Virus record (IMG/VR): IMGVR_UViG_3300027763_000027
Location: 107,917-171,916 of that record
From: a virus
Reading direction: 5' to 3' (one strand)
DNA: 64,000 nucleotides
The notes under the pieces were generated by a model that worked only from the letters and a program-made list of their open reading frames with translations, was not told the origin of the DNA and did not search any database. A program made the position numbers and the translations under genes. Positions 1 to 10,974 of this stretch are shown one piece after another. Position 1 is the stretch's first letter. The number at the start of each line of letters is the position of its first letter.

Positions 1-1
1 T

Positions 2-472
2 TATTGGAGATACAACCGCAAAGAATTGTTGAAGCGTCTTACTCGTTCTGGTGTTGGTTGTCAGAATGAACGCACAGATTATATTTGGGATTTTGCAAAA
101 GATTTCTGGCAGAATCCCAAAGACTTTGTTTGCTATAACAAGAAGCACTATATCAAGGTTCGTGATAGTCTTGTTGAGCGTATTCGTGGATTGAGCTATG
201 CTAAAGTTAGCTTTGCTCTTGAGATGATTAATCCCAATCACACCAAAGTTGTATGCGGTGATGTTCACCATCTTCGATTCTATGGTATGGAGAATTTAAA
301 ATATACAAAGTCAAAGGTTGGTGCGTTAAAATATAAAGCGATGGAAAAGCATTGGATTGATAATTGCGATAAATTAGGTGTGCCATCTTATATTGTTCGT
401 TGCCTTATGTGGGACGATATTCAAAAACAAGCCGATAGTGATTATTGGGGATATGTTCTCAAGCCATTTTAA
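2..472 (+). CDS. HhH-GPD / Ogg-like DNA glycosylase-like protein, 5'-truncated by window edge
   Basis: Frame open from position 2; RDSLVERIRGLSYAKVSFAL...VCGDVHHLR resembles the HhH hairpin and catalytic Asp region of Ogg2-type glycosylases. Confidence 0.55.
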   Translation, partial: YWRYNRKELLKRLTRSGVGCQNERTDYIWDFAKDFWQNPKDFVCYNKKHYIKVRDSLVERIRGLSYAKVSFALEMINPNHTKVVCGDVHHLRFYGMENLKYTKSKVGALKYKAMEKHWIDNCDKLGVPSYIVRCLMWDDIQKQADSDYWGYVLKPF

Positions 473-667
473 TATGAAAGCATCATCTTATTTTACTGAT
501 GGAGAGATTGAATTAGCTATGGGAATCCTTGGAGATTTATTATCTAATAAAGATTTTTTAGATGAAATTTCAATATCTCACGATGCTACCGATAAGTATT
601 ATAAATTAGTAGACAAGATAGATGTTTATTTTAATGATTTTAATTTACATAACGAAACTCCACAAGA

Positions 668-898
668 ATGAACCTAGAAGATTTAATTGATCGTAAAATT
701 CTTTACTTGAATTACCCTATCAATAAGTATTTAATTCAAGAGGGAAAAGTAACAGAAATTTCTCCCGCCAAAAAATGTATTAAAATAAATGCTGATTGGC
801 ATTTGAAGGATAACATTCGTATCATAGAATTATTTAGCGAAGATGAAAGGCCAAAGTTAGGATTTGGTTTGACAAAAAATGAAAAACAAGCAAAATAA
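668..898 (+). CDS. Hypothetical protein
   Basis: ORF in a tightly packed run, ATGA overlap with the upstream gene. Confidence 0.55.
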   Translation: MNLEDLIDRKILYLNYPINKYLIQEGKVTEISPAKKCIKINADWHLKDNIRIIELFSEDERPKLGFGLTKNEKQAK

Positions 899-1039
899 AG
901 ATATGGAAAAAGCAATTAAACTTTTAGAGGAGCTTGTTAATCAAGCTGACGAAGATTGTCCTCAAGATTGTAGAACAATGCACTTCACTAATGCTCTTGA
1001 GGAAGCTAGTGAATTTATAATGGAGTATAAAAACACAAA

Positions 1040-1433
1040 ATGAAAATGGGACGAGTTTGTTTGGATTTAAATTATATTGTAGATATGGACAATCAAGAAA
1101 TGGTTGAACGAGCTATTGAATGTCTTTATGAAGATTTGATGCAAGGCGTAAAATATGGTAACATCACTAACTGGATTGATGTTATCGAAGATAAAAACGC
1201 AAAAAAAAATATGATTCCAGAGTTCTTATTGGAGAAAGAGAATGACTAATCCAAGATCAAAGATTCTATCAGACCTTAAAAGAGCATATCTCAAAGAACA
1301 TTCTATAACTCTTGTGGATAGGATTCTTGGTTATTTAAATAATCTAACAGATTTTCAACTTTGTCAATTATATTCTGAAAAGTATGAAACTAACCCAAAA
1401 TATATAGCAGAGCAGTTTGAGTTTAAATTTTAA
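1040..1433 (+). CDS. Two overlapping small hypothetical proteins (1040-1249, 1242-1433)
   Basis: Translationally coupled ORFs with phage-like composition. Confidence 0.5.
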
Positions 1434-1451
1434 TATTTAATTAGAATTACT

Positions 1452-2192
1452 ATGATTTATATAGCGTATAGGGGAAGATTAGGCAATAGATTAATTCAAT
1501 ATTGTTTAGCGAGAATACTTTCCAAAAAATTCAACGAACAAATTTCGCATCCCGAAATAAAATTTTTCAAACCACGATATATAACAAATTATAAAATTCA
1601 TAAAAAAAATATTTTAGTTGATGATAATAATTTTTTAGAGATTTTACAATTAGAAAATTTAGAACCAGCAAATCTTGTTTTAAGTGGATATTTTCAAGAT
1701 AAGTTGTTTTTATCAGAATATCGTAAAGAAATATTACAATTAATTAAATTTACTTGGGAAGAAAAAGAGGGTATATTTATACATTATAGGCTAGGGGATT
1801 GTTTGACCAACAATAACGGAAGTATAAGGCTAATTCCAGCCCAAGAATATTATATGTATTGTTTAGATGAAATTTTAAAAACCTCAAATCAACAAGTTTA
1901 TATATCTAGCGATTCGCCAAACCACGATAGAGTTACAAGTTTAAGCAAAAAATATAAAGCAAATATAATTAATTTTGAAAACCCGATAATCGCTATGTTT
2001 TATGGTTCTCAATTTAAAAATAAAATTTTAAGTTTAGGAACTTTTAGTTGGTGGATTGGTTTCTTGGGTAATCAAAACAATATATATTATCCCGATGGTA
2101 AAGAATGTGGATATAACAGAAATATATTTAACCTAGAAGAATGGAAGTCTGTAAAAAGAAAAAAATATTTATTGAAAAAAGAACAAAATTAG
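1452..2192 (+). CDS. Alpha-1,2-fucosyltransferase-like glycosyltransferase (GT11)
   Basis: GRLGNxxxQY, GYFQ, IHYRLGD and GTFSWW motifs typical of GT11. Confidence 0.85.
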   Translation: MIYIAYRGRLGNRLIQYCLARILSKKFNEQISHPEIKFFKPRYITNYKIHKKNILVDDNNFLEILQLENLEPANLVLSGYFQDKLFLSEYRKEILQLIKFTWEEKEGIFIHYRLGDCLTNNNGSIRLIPAQEYYMYCLDEILKTSNQQVYISSDSPNHDRVTSLSKKYKANIINFENPIIAMFYGSQFKNKILSLGTFSWWIGFLGNQNNIYYPDGKECGYNRNIFNLEEWKSVKRKKYLLKKEQN

Positions 2193-2622
2193 AATATTAT
2201 ATATTATATGGAAGAAGAAGTTAAAGCGATTCGCACAATAAAAGAGTTTATCTCTTGGTATGAAGCAAAAGAAAATATTAATACTGAACAGAGTTTGCAG
2301 GGAGATTTAGAGCTTCACAAGTTTTATATTAAATTTAAATACATTCTTGAACAAGAAAAAGAAGAAAACAAAAGAATGGGTAATTTTTTAGGATAAATCC
2401 TTGAAAGATCAAACCACATTAGTTAGCAGAGTAAATAAAGAGCTTCAAGAGCTAGAGAATGATATTACAGCTTTAGTTGAATGGCACGATAACAACTATA
2501 AAGATATTTCTGGAATCAAATGGCAAGAATTAGACGAGGCTCAACTCCTTGTTCAAAAAATTAAAAAATATATAAAAAAATAATACTTGCTTCTGTATTA
2601 AAATACAAGTATAAGTTTATAT

Positions 2623-2919
2623 ATGGCAACCGCAAAAATTACTAAAACAAGGAAATCAATAAAATCATTTATTGAAATGAATTATAGTGATTATGCAGAC
2701 AAGATTCTTCTTGCAGATGGATTCGATAATTGTCTCATAGGTTTTACGCCTAATGATAAAGGGAATCCAGTAGCAGTTTATGATAAGTGGAAAATGATTA
2801 AACAATTATCTAAAGACTTGAAAAGTGATGATGGTGAAGCTCTTGAGTATTTTGAATTTAATATTGAAGGTGCTTATGTGGGAGAATTTACTCCTAAATA
2901 TTTGGATAAATATGAATAA
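2623..2919 (+). CDS. Conserved phage hypothetical protein
   Basis: ADGFDxxxIG...AVYD...EALEYFEFNIEGAYVGExTP pattern recalled from environmental phages. Confidence 0.65.
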   Translation: MATAKITKTRKSIKSFIEMNYSDYADKILLADGFDNCLIGFTPNDKGNPVAVYDKWKMIKQLSKDLKSDDGEALEYFEFNIEGAYVGEFTPKYLDKYE

Positions 2920-3241
2920 AAAAATTAATTGGGTTAATCTAGTTTCTTCTTACGCATTATTTTCTTTTGGTTATAGTGCGGTTATTTATATTATCTGGAA
3001 TTATCTTTTCGCACCAGTTTTTGATAATTTGACTTTATCTTATTTACAAATTATTGGTGCTTATACGATTTGTAGAATTTTATTTGGTAATACTAACACA
3101 AATTATATTAGTAATTTTTATAGTCCACCAACTCCAGACCTAGATAAGATTGATGGCTACTTAAAAGAAATACAAGCAGATTTAGACAAAGAAGCAGACG
3201 AAGTTGAAAGACAATACGAAGATTTAGATAAAAAAGATTAG
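2912..3241 (+). CDS. Membrane protein, hypothetical
   Basis: Two hydrophobic segments; probable start at MNKKINW overlapping the upstream stop. Confidence 0.55.
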   Translation: MNKKINWVNLVSSYALFSFGYSAVIYIIWNYLFAPVFDNLTLSYLQIIGAYTICRILFGNTNTNYISNFYSPPTPDLDKIDGYLKEIQADLDKEADEVERQYEDLDKKD

Positions 3242-3242
3242 T

Positions 3243-3656
3243 ATGAACTTCAATAAGATTATTGAGGTTACTTATGCCTTGATTAATAAGCATAATGCAG
3301 ATTTAAGATGCCGACATTTTTCTTTTATTCTTGACCGCAATCGTATTATTAGTATTGGAATGAACTCTACCAAGACTCATCCAATGAATTTAAAATACAA
3401 TTATGTAAATAAAAATAAAGAAAAGATTAGCAATATTGTTGGAACTCATAGCGAATTAAATGCAGTTATTAAACTTGGAGAGGAAGATTGTTCTAAATTA
3501 ACCCTAGTTAATACTAGAATCAATAGAAATAATGTCTTAGATAATTCTTCTCCTTGCTCTGGATGTGCTGATATGATTAATCAGTTAAATTTTAAAAATG
3601 TATATTTTAGTAATCTTAAAGGTGGATTTGATAAATTTAATTTGACAAATAGTTAA
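3243..3656 (+). CDS. Zn-dependent cytidine/dCMP deaminase-fold protein
   Basis: HSE (HxE) and PCxxC (SPCSGC) motifs. Confidence 0.75.
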   Translation: MNFNKIIEVTYALINKHNADLRCRHFSFILDRNRIISIGMNSTKTHPMNLKYNYVNKNKEKISNIVGTHSELNAVIKLGEEDCSKLTLVNTRINRNNVLDNSSPCSGCADMINQLNFKNVYFSNLKGGFDKFNLTNS

Positions 3657-4020
3657 AATATATATAATATTAATCATTATGGCAAACAGACCCAAAACAT
3701 ACTTTGTTAAAATGACAGACAACATTAATGGAACATTTACCATTAGTGAGGCAAAGGTTCTTGATAAGGTTAATCAACACACTCGTCATTGGCGTTCCTT
3801 TGATAAGCGTAAATTGACTAGCAAGCTCCGAGTTGCTGACATTCTTACAAAGTAATACTATTATAGGATACATTCATAGGGATTAAATGCCCCTATGGGT
3901 GTAATCTATATTATTATGAAGTCTATAAATCATAAGGAATTATTTAGTCGCTAGAAGAAGTTAATCTAGCTTGACATTTTAATCAATTTAAATTAATCTC
4001 AAATAAGTCGAGGACAAGTT

Positions 4021-4488
4021 ATGAAAATACTATGTAGAATATCCGTTTTGTTGTTAGCCTCTTGTATATTATTCAAGAGCGAAATAACATCATCTTCAAA
4101 GAAACCTATTATCTTTAATAAAGATCAAATGGTTGATAATTTTATTAAAACTAATACTCCCAAGAAAGAAATCAAGGTTCGCTTAACTGCTTATTGGGCA
4201 AGAGGTTCTGATACGGATTCTTGGAGTGCAAAGAGACAAAGCTCTACTGGTGCGACTCTTAAACCTAATAAGAGCGTTGCAGTAGACCCTAGAATTATAC
4301 CTTACTTCTCAAGACTTTATATTCCTAATCTTGGATTTAGATTTGCTCACGATACTGGCACAGATGTTATTAGAAAGAAAGCTAGTCACGGCAAGTATCC
4401 AGTTGTTGATATTTTCTTTATGACAGAAAAAGAAGCTATGAGGTTTGTTAATAATAATCCTAAAATAGTTAAAGTTGCTGTATATTAA
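4021..4488 (+). CDS. 3D-domain (MltA-like) cell-wall protein with N-terminal signal/anchor
   Basis: TAY...VAVDPRIIP...AHDTG...VDIF three-Asp pattern; hydrophobic N-terminus. Confidence 0.8.
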   Translation: MKILCRISVLLLASCILFKSEITSSSKKPIIFNKDQMVDNFIKTNTPKKEIKVRLTAYWARGSDTDSWSAKRQSSTGATLKPNKSVAVDPRIIPYFSRLYIPNLGFRFAHDTGTDVIRKKASHGKYPVVDIFFMTEKEAMRFVNNNPKIVKVAVY

Positions 4489-5559
4489 AATGATTATTGA
4501 TGATAGCGTAACTTTTTTTGGTGTTTATTTTTATAACTGCACATTAAACTTAAATACCATAAAAGCATTACAAAAGATAATGGATAATTACAAATACAAC
4601 AATTTAATTCTTTGTCAAAAAGATCAGTTTGGTGGGTATCTTTTGACTCATAATGTATTTAATGATAAGAAAATGAGAGATGTGCAAAGTCATTATTTTA
4701 AAACAAAAGATTCTTTAAAGCAATCATATAAAGATATGCTTAATAAATTTTCTAATATAGAAAAAACTTTTTATTTGATTTGTTCTGAATATAATGATAT
4801 AAATGAAACAGAAGGTTTATTATCAAAATGGAGAGAAGGAATCCAAGAAGCGTGTAATACATAATATGCCTTCTAAAGAGAAAAAAATGACACTTTTAAC
4901 AGATCATTTAGAAAGTTTAAATTATTGGAGAGATCAATTATTGGGTTTAGAGAAATCGTATTATAGTAAAGACCCCGAAAAAGAAAGAACTTGCCGTAAT
5001 ATGATTAATAAATATTTAGATGATGTTTTAGATCATAATAAAAAAATCAAGGAAAAGTCTAAAAACAAGGTGTAATAGTTGATAGAACAAATTTATGGAA
5101 ATCGCAATTTTATCAGCTTGTTTTATTTTAGGTGGAATTTTTGGAGTCCGTATATGAACTGGCTTACCGACCTTTATTGGAATATTCGTCTTAAAATTGA
5201 AGATAAAATTTATGAATGGCAATCTAATCGTGAATTAGCTAGACTTGAAAAAGAAGATGTTGCTTTTGCTGATGAAGATAATAACGAAATTATAGCTAGT
5301 TGGGAAGATGAAGAAGTAGAAGTTAAACCAAAGAAAAAGAAAGCCAAAAAGAAAAGTGTTAAGAAAGTTAAAAAAAGTAATTAATTTTATTTTAAACCTC
5401 AAATTAGAGTGTGGTTGTAGAGGTTGTAAGCCAAGGTATAAAGCACCAGTCAAGAAAAAATGCGATGGAAAATGTGTTTCTTGTAAATGTAAAAAAGATT
5501 AAAAGATTCATTTAAAATTTTCTTGCTTTTTTATTAAATTCTTTGTATAAAAGAGGACT

Positions 5560-5757
5560 ATGGCATTAACAAAACAAGACTTAAAAGAAATCAGAGCATT
5601 TCAAGCTAATCTAAAAAACTCTGGTATGAATCCTTGGGGTAATCTCAAGCGTGGTAAAGATATGAAAGTGACAAATATGGGCAGACCCAAGAGGGCTATC
5701 TACAATAAAGAAGATGTGAACGAACAGCCCAAAGAAGAAAAGTTTAAAAATAAATAA
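5560..5757 (+). CDS. Small basic hypothetical protein
   Basis: ORF directly behind a TTGCTT...TATAAA promoter-like sequence. Confidence 0.55.
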   Translation: MALTKQDLKEIRAFQANLKNSGMNPWGNLKRGKDMKVTNMGRPKRAIYNKEDVNEQPKEEKFKNK

Positions 5758-5799
5758 TATATATTGACATTATCTCAAATATATACTAATATTAACATT

Positions 5800-5961
5800 A
5801 TGAATACAACTCAAACTCAATATACTTGGCAAGTCAAAGCTACGACTGGTCAGCTTGTTGTTGCTCCCAAGAGTTACCCAACTCTCCGTGGTGCAAAGAT
5901 CGCTAGTAAGCGATTTGCCAACAAGACTGGTGGTGCGGTAGTTTCTGTCTCGGTCAAGTAA
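5800..5961 (+). CDS. Small hypothetical protein (start corrected to MNTTQTQ)
   Basis: The track start TTG at 5764 is the -35 box TTGACA; ATG at 5800. Confidence 0.55.
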   Translation: MNTTQTQYTWQVKATTGQLVVAPKSYPTLRGAKIASKRFANKTGGAVVSVSVK

Positions 5962-6560
5962 TGTAATGGTAGGATAGATGGTTCAATCCCACTATCCTAT
6001 CATATAATTTTATGTGGACTCCAGTAGAAATTTTTCTTTTAACATTACTTTTGAATCATTCGCCAACAAAAAGCGAAAGACTTTCAGTAAAAGAAGTTAT
6101 TCAAAATCGTGAAGCTCAATTAGTAATAGAAAGCGTATCGTTAAGAAATGACTTTCAGTATTAAAAGAATAATAGGTTTTGTATTATATTGTTTATTTTG
6201 GATACTTTTGGCATACTTGTTTATTGGTTGTGTAAATACATCCTATAAGACGATTCCTAGTGCGATGAGTGAAGATGCTCAAGATTATCCTACAAAATAT
6301 AATATGATGGATAGTCAAGATGGTCGCAGAAATCCTAATGCTCAAGTAAATATTTTTGGTGCGACCTATTGACGATTTTTAAATTTGCAGTATATTGAAT
6401 ATATGAGCAAAACTAAAACGAAGAAAACTAATATAGTAAGAATTGAAATCAACAGAGGTATGGCAGAAGTTGTGTCTAAACCAGCAGGGGTAGTTGTTGA
6501 GATTGCTGACTTTGACAATGAAGATCATATTGAAACATACGGAGTTAGGCAAGTTATCAA

Positions 6561-7103
6561 ATGAAAAAGAAATTCAAGAACGCATTAAAGTTTTACAATA
6601 GTCTTTCGGGAGATGAGAGAGAAGTTGTTACTCGTAATTATGTTGAGATGAGTAAAATGGATTTAATTGAGCTTGTCTTTCAAAATAGACCTTATTATGA
6701 TGATCTTGAGAAGATTGTAAATTCTCATAGAAAAGAGTTGGCTCATATTCAAAAAGAAATACTTGCAACCAAGAAAGATCAAAAGAAGAAGTTAGCAGAA
6801 TTTAAAAGTGGCGTAAGATATAAAGTAACAATCTATACTATCACAGATGATATTAGTAACAAACACGGCTCAAGCTCCCAGCATATTCTTGAATCTTATG
6901 CAGACGAAGCAGAGAATGATGCTCACGGATGCGTTACAAGAGAAGAAGATGAGGAATATCTGACAGATGCAGAATTAGACGATTGGGCTGAATTTAACGG
7001 AGCAAAAGAAGAATTAGCAGAGTGGAGAAAAGAAAGAGAGTTAGAACAATTTGATATGAAAGGTGAGGAAGTTGTCAAGAGAAAGTCTAGAAGGTGTTCC
7101 TAG
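6561..7103 (+). CDS. Hypothetical coiled-coil/acidic protein
   Basis: 180-aa ORF coupled to its neighbours. Confidence 0.6.
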   Translation: MKKKFKNALKFYNSLSGDEREVVTRNYVEMSKMDLIELVFQNRPYYDDLEKIVNSHRKELAHIQKEILATKKDQKKKLAEFKSGVRYKVTIYTITDDISNKHGSSSQHILESYADEAENDAHGCVTREEDEEYLTDAELDDWAEFNGAKEELAEWRKERELEQFDMKGEEVVKRKSRRCS

Positions 7104-7558
7104 AATGAAGAAAATTAAAAAAGATAAATACACCTTTCAGTATGAATATGCTGATGAAATTGGCAGAGAAACGAATCATAAGATTACTTTTAATGCAACA
7201 ACTATTGATGAAATTTGCTGTAAGTTAAGAGATTTTCTTAAAGGATGCGGATTTTCATTTGACGAAATAGGAGTAATAGATTATGACAAAGAAGATGAAG
7301 ATGAAAAAGTTTAAAAATATCAAAGAGTTTCTTGAGACTTGTTCCGAGGGTGAAAAAGAGTATGTCTATGATTTGTATAATAATGCTTCAGTAGCAGATT
7401 TAATTGATTTACTTTTTGAACATTTGCCAGCAGATGAGACTATAAAAGAAATTGAAGAATACAGAGAAGAACTAGAATGGGACGATAACGAAGCTAAAAA
7501 ATCAAATAAACTCAATAGAAAGTGCGATTGTGACTTTGTTGGATGCCAAGGTTGTTAA

Positions 7559-8031
7559 ATGAAAAAACAGATTCCACAGATTAAATATAGCAATCTTAAA
7601 TCTATTACATCTTATGTTGCAGATTTACAAGGAGACGAGAAAGCATTTAAAATACTAAAGAATGTTGGCAAGAAGGTTATCACAGAAGAAGAATATATTA
7701 TGATTGGTTTTAGGCATATATTCTCAAATTCAAAAAATAATAAATTTGAATTGACTTCTCTTAATAAAAAGTTAAAATCTAAAAAGAGATGAAAAATAAA
7801 ACAATATCTAAAAACGACCCTTACCATCTTAAAGTAGGTAAATTCAAGAAAAAGAATGTATTTGATACTCAAGTAGATATGGGAGATCGTATGAGAGATT
7901 TTTTCCTTGGCTTGGGCAGAAGGGTAATTACAGAAGATGAGTTTATTAATATTGGTTTTAACTATGCACTAATTAAAGGCTTGGGCGAAGCGAAAAAAAC
8001 TAATAAAAAATCAAAGAAAGGTCGAAATTAA
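7559..8031 (+). CDS. Two tandem paralogous small basic proteins (7559-7792, 7789-8031)
   Basis: Shared G(K/R)(K/R)VITE(E/D)E(Y/F)IxIGF motif. Confidence 0.6.
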
Positions 8032-8054
8032 AGGCGAAATGATTTTTTTATATT

Positions 8055-8477
8055 ATGGATAAAGAATTAGCTTTAATTTGGGAAAATTTAAAACAATTTG
8101 GCTATTTTTCTCCTTATATTTATCTAAAAAGTGCTGGACATAAAGGTTTAGGAGTTTTTGCGAAAACTGATATTCCGCAAGGTGTTATTATAGAATATTG
8201 TCATTCTTTTGTTTTAAATAATGCAATTAAAGATATGCAAGATAATAAATTAAATCAATATATTTATACTTTTCATTCGGGCAAAAGGGGAATTATACCA
8301 ATGGGATTTGGTATGATATATAATAGTGCTGATAGTCAAGAAGAAGCAAATGCAGAATATGTTGCTTTTGATCAAGAAAATCTTGTAATTTATAAAGCTA
8401 AAAAAAATATTGACAAAGATGCTGAAATTCTGTTATGGTGGGGAGAGGATTATTACAACTATTGGTGCAAAAAATAA
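8055..8477 (+). CDS. SET-domain protein (lysine methyltransferase-like)
   Basis: KGLGVFAKTDIPQGVIIEY, GMIYNS (NHS-like) and AKKNIDKDAEILLWWGEDY motifs. Confidence 0.8.
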   Translation: MDKELALIWENLKQFGYFSPYIYLKSAGHKGLGVFAKTDIPQGVIIEYCHSFVLNNAIKDMQDNKLNQYIYTFHSGKRGIIPMGFGMIYNSADSQEEANAEYVAFDQENLVIYKAKKNIDKDAEILLWWGEDYYNYWCKK

Positions 8478-8482
8478 ATAAA

Positions 8483-8818
8483 ATGACATTTAATAACTAT
8501 CAAGCCAATGCTGGTCGAACTGCTTTTTATCCAAGAGATTTAGCGGGTGATGGGTTATACTATACTACTTTAGGGCTTGTTGGTGAAGCTGGTGAGATTG
8601 CTAATAAAGTTAAGAAGGTAATGAGAGATAACAATGGAAACCTCTCAAAAGAAAATAAAGCTAGTATTGCTGATGAACTTGGTGATGTGCTTTGGTATTG
8701 TGCGAGTTTAGCAGATGAACTTGGTATGAATCTTGAAGATATTGCAGGAAATAATATAATTAAACTTGCAGATAGATTAAAAAGAGGTAAAATAAAAGGA
8801 AGTGGAGATAAAAGGTAA
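8483..8818 (+). CDS. mazG: MazG-like nucleotide pyrophosphohydrolase
   Basis: LGLVGEAGEIANKVKK...DELGDVLWY...GSGDKR. Confidence 0.9.
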   Translation: MTFNNYQANAGRTAFYPRDLAGDGLYYTTLGLVGEAGEIANKVKKVMRDNNGNLSKENKASIADELGDVLWYCASLADELGMNLEDIAGNNIIKLADRLKRGKIKGSGDKR

Positions 8819-8821
8819 CAA

Positions 8822-9001
8822 ATGATAATTTCTAATAAAGAATTGACTTGTGTTAATTGTGGCAGAGTTGTTACACCAGAGCAAATGAAAAAAGATGAAG
8901 TGCGTATGCACAGATATAAAGATGACTTTTATTGTGAGCTATGCTATGGAGACATAAGGGAGCAAATATATAAATCTATGAATGAGGGAGAAAATCTATG
9001 A
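8822..9001 (+). CDS. Small zinc-finger protein (59 aa, below ORF-track cut-off)
   Basis: Manual translation gives CVNC...CELC. Confidence 0.55.
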   Translation: MIISNKELTCVNCGRVVTPEQMKKDEVRMHRYKDDFYCELCYGDIREQIYKSMNEGENL

Positions 9002-9303
9002 CTCAATTTATTAACGCTAACCCATTAGATTATGACGCAAAGTATCCTCAAAGCGTTGATACTAGCGTAAATGAAGATGCTAAAATGTTTCTTATGGAAC
9101 GAAATGAAGGCAAAGAGGTAGCGTTTCAGATTGAAGATGGAACTCAATACTATGGTAAGATTAGCTATGTGCCAAATAGTGAGCATTATTGTGTTGTTGT
9201 CGATAAGAATGGAACTCCTTGGGAATGGTATGTTAGGGAAGAAGCTGTAAGATTTGTAGAAAATACTATCAAAGAAAGCCTTTGGCAAAATCCTTTAGTA
9301 TAA
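8998..9303 (+). CDS. Hypothetical protein
   Basis: ATGA-coupled ORF. Confidence 0.55.
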   Translation: MTQFINANPLDYDAKYPQSVDTSVNEDAKMFLMERNEGKEVAFQIEDGTQYYGKISYVPNSEHYCVVVDKNGTPWEWYVREEAVRFVENTIKESLWQNPLV

Positions 9304-9835
9304 TGAATTTGATAGTGCCATTATTAGCGGTATCGCTTGTGGGATGGTTTGTTTATCTATTAAATCAAAGATAATATGTTCCTTATAATTAATGATAATC
9401 TGACTTATACTGACCTAAACCTCACTATTAGCCTTGATCTTGCAATATTCTTATGCAGTTTCTTGGCACTATTCTTTTTGAACTGCTTTATTTTACTTGA
9501 AATAAAGGCTATTAGAAGGTATATTAAAAAGAGAGGTGAAAAGTAAGATTATGTCTTTATTAGGTATATATTTTGATATAGAAGGGTATGTATTCAAGCC
9601 CTTTTACCTACTACTAGGGGTATTATACTTTATTGTATTAATAACTTTATTAGGAACTTTGTATGTTGTGCTATACTTAAGAAATACTCTAGAGAATGTG
9701 TTAAATAACATAGAAAACAATAGAAAGAAGTATAATAAGTTAAAATAGTATTGGTTATCCCGAAAATATATATTTACAAGCAAGTCAAGCATAAAATTAT
9801 AAAAATATCTATTATTTATATAGTATATTACTTAA

Positions 9836-10258
9836 ATGAACCTAGATTTAGAGCAACAATTAAGTAAATATTATGAAACTATAAAGAATCCCTCTTATAG
9901 ACTAGATAACTGGATAATAGCTAATAATGAACTATATAATATACTATATAATAACTTAACTATAAGTAATATAATATCAGTTAGTCAAACTACAATTAAT
10001 GAATTAGTAATAGTATTTGATACTAAAAAAGAATACTATGTATTCAAATACAATAATAACTATATATGTTTGAAGATTAGTCCAACAGAATATGGATTAA
10101 TAACTCAAGATTATCAATTATTAGCAGTAGAACAAAATGCACTATATACTCTAATAAATAATAAAGAAACGGCAAGATTCAAAGAGCTATGCAAGTTATT
10201 GAAGTGGAAGATAAGCAAAAGAGCAAAGGATGATTTAAATTATTTTAAGAATATTTAA
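9836..10258 (+). CDS. Hypothetical protein
   Basis: 140-aa ORF. Confidence 0.5.
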   Translation: MNLDLEQQLSKYYETIKNPSYRLDNWIIANNELYNILYNNLTISNIISVSQTTINELVIVFDTKKEYYVFKYNNNYICLKISPTEYGLITQDYQLLAVEQNALYTLINNKETARFKELCKLLKWKISKRAKDDLNYFKNI

Positions 10259-10974
10259 ATTAATTTAAAAAATTTTATTGACTTTTGATTATATTTGTTT
10301 TATTATTAAATACTTGGAAGCCGTGACCCAAGGAAGCATAGGTTGGTGGTTATCCTAAGCTCATAAAAAACCACATTAACTAAAAGCAAATAACCAAATA
10401 CTAAATAATATGCCCGAAATAACACAAACAACACTACTCTTATTAAGCGGATTAGCAATCCTTCATTGGATGCAATTTGCCAAATAAATGATATCAAATA
10501 ATCAAATAAGAGCTTTGTCAGAGGACGAGCTAACTTATCTTTTTTATTGCTGTAAAACTGAATGGGATAGTCTAAATATGGGTTATGATTTTGATTGGTA
10601 TGTGCTTAAAGCATTTAGAAATAATATGATACATAATTTATTAAATAAACATAGTGCGAACTTGACAGATGAAAATAAAGGTATTATACTACAAATACTA
10701 AATAAATTGGAGGCAAATATATGAATCATTTAATAGCTTGGGCAATTCTTGTAACAGCTTTCAGTTCGGGGCTATATCCAATTTATAAATTTGTTAGATC
10801 TAAATATGTATCCTATGATACAAATCCGATTCGCTATTGGTCAAATAGAAAGCAAAGAGTAAAGAAAAGATATAAGACTCTTAGAAGGTATAAAGCTAAA
10901 AAGCGAAATAGCTATCTTGCAGTTATAAATAAATATAAATTGACATCTCGTAAATAAAGGTTATATATAGTTAT

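Noticed and set aside
9300-10490. AT-rich, weakly coding stretch as a replication origin
   Set aside because: No iterons or DnaA-box cluster could be identified by eye; evidence insufficient
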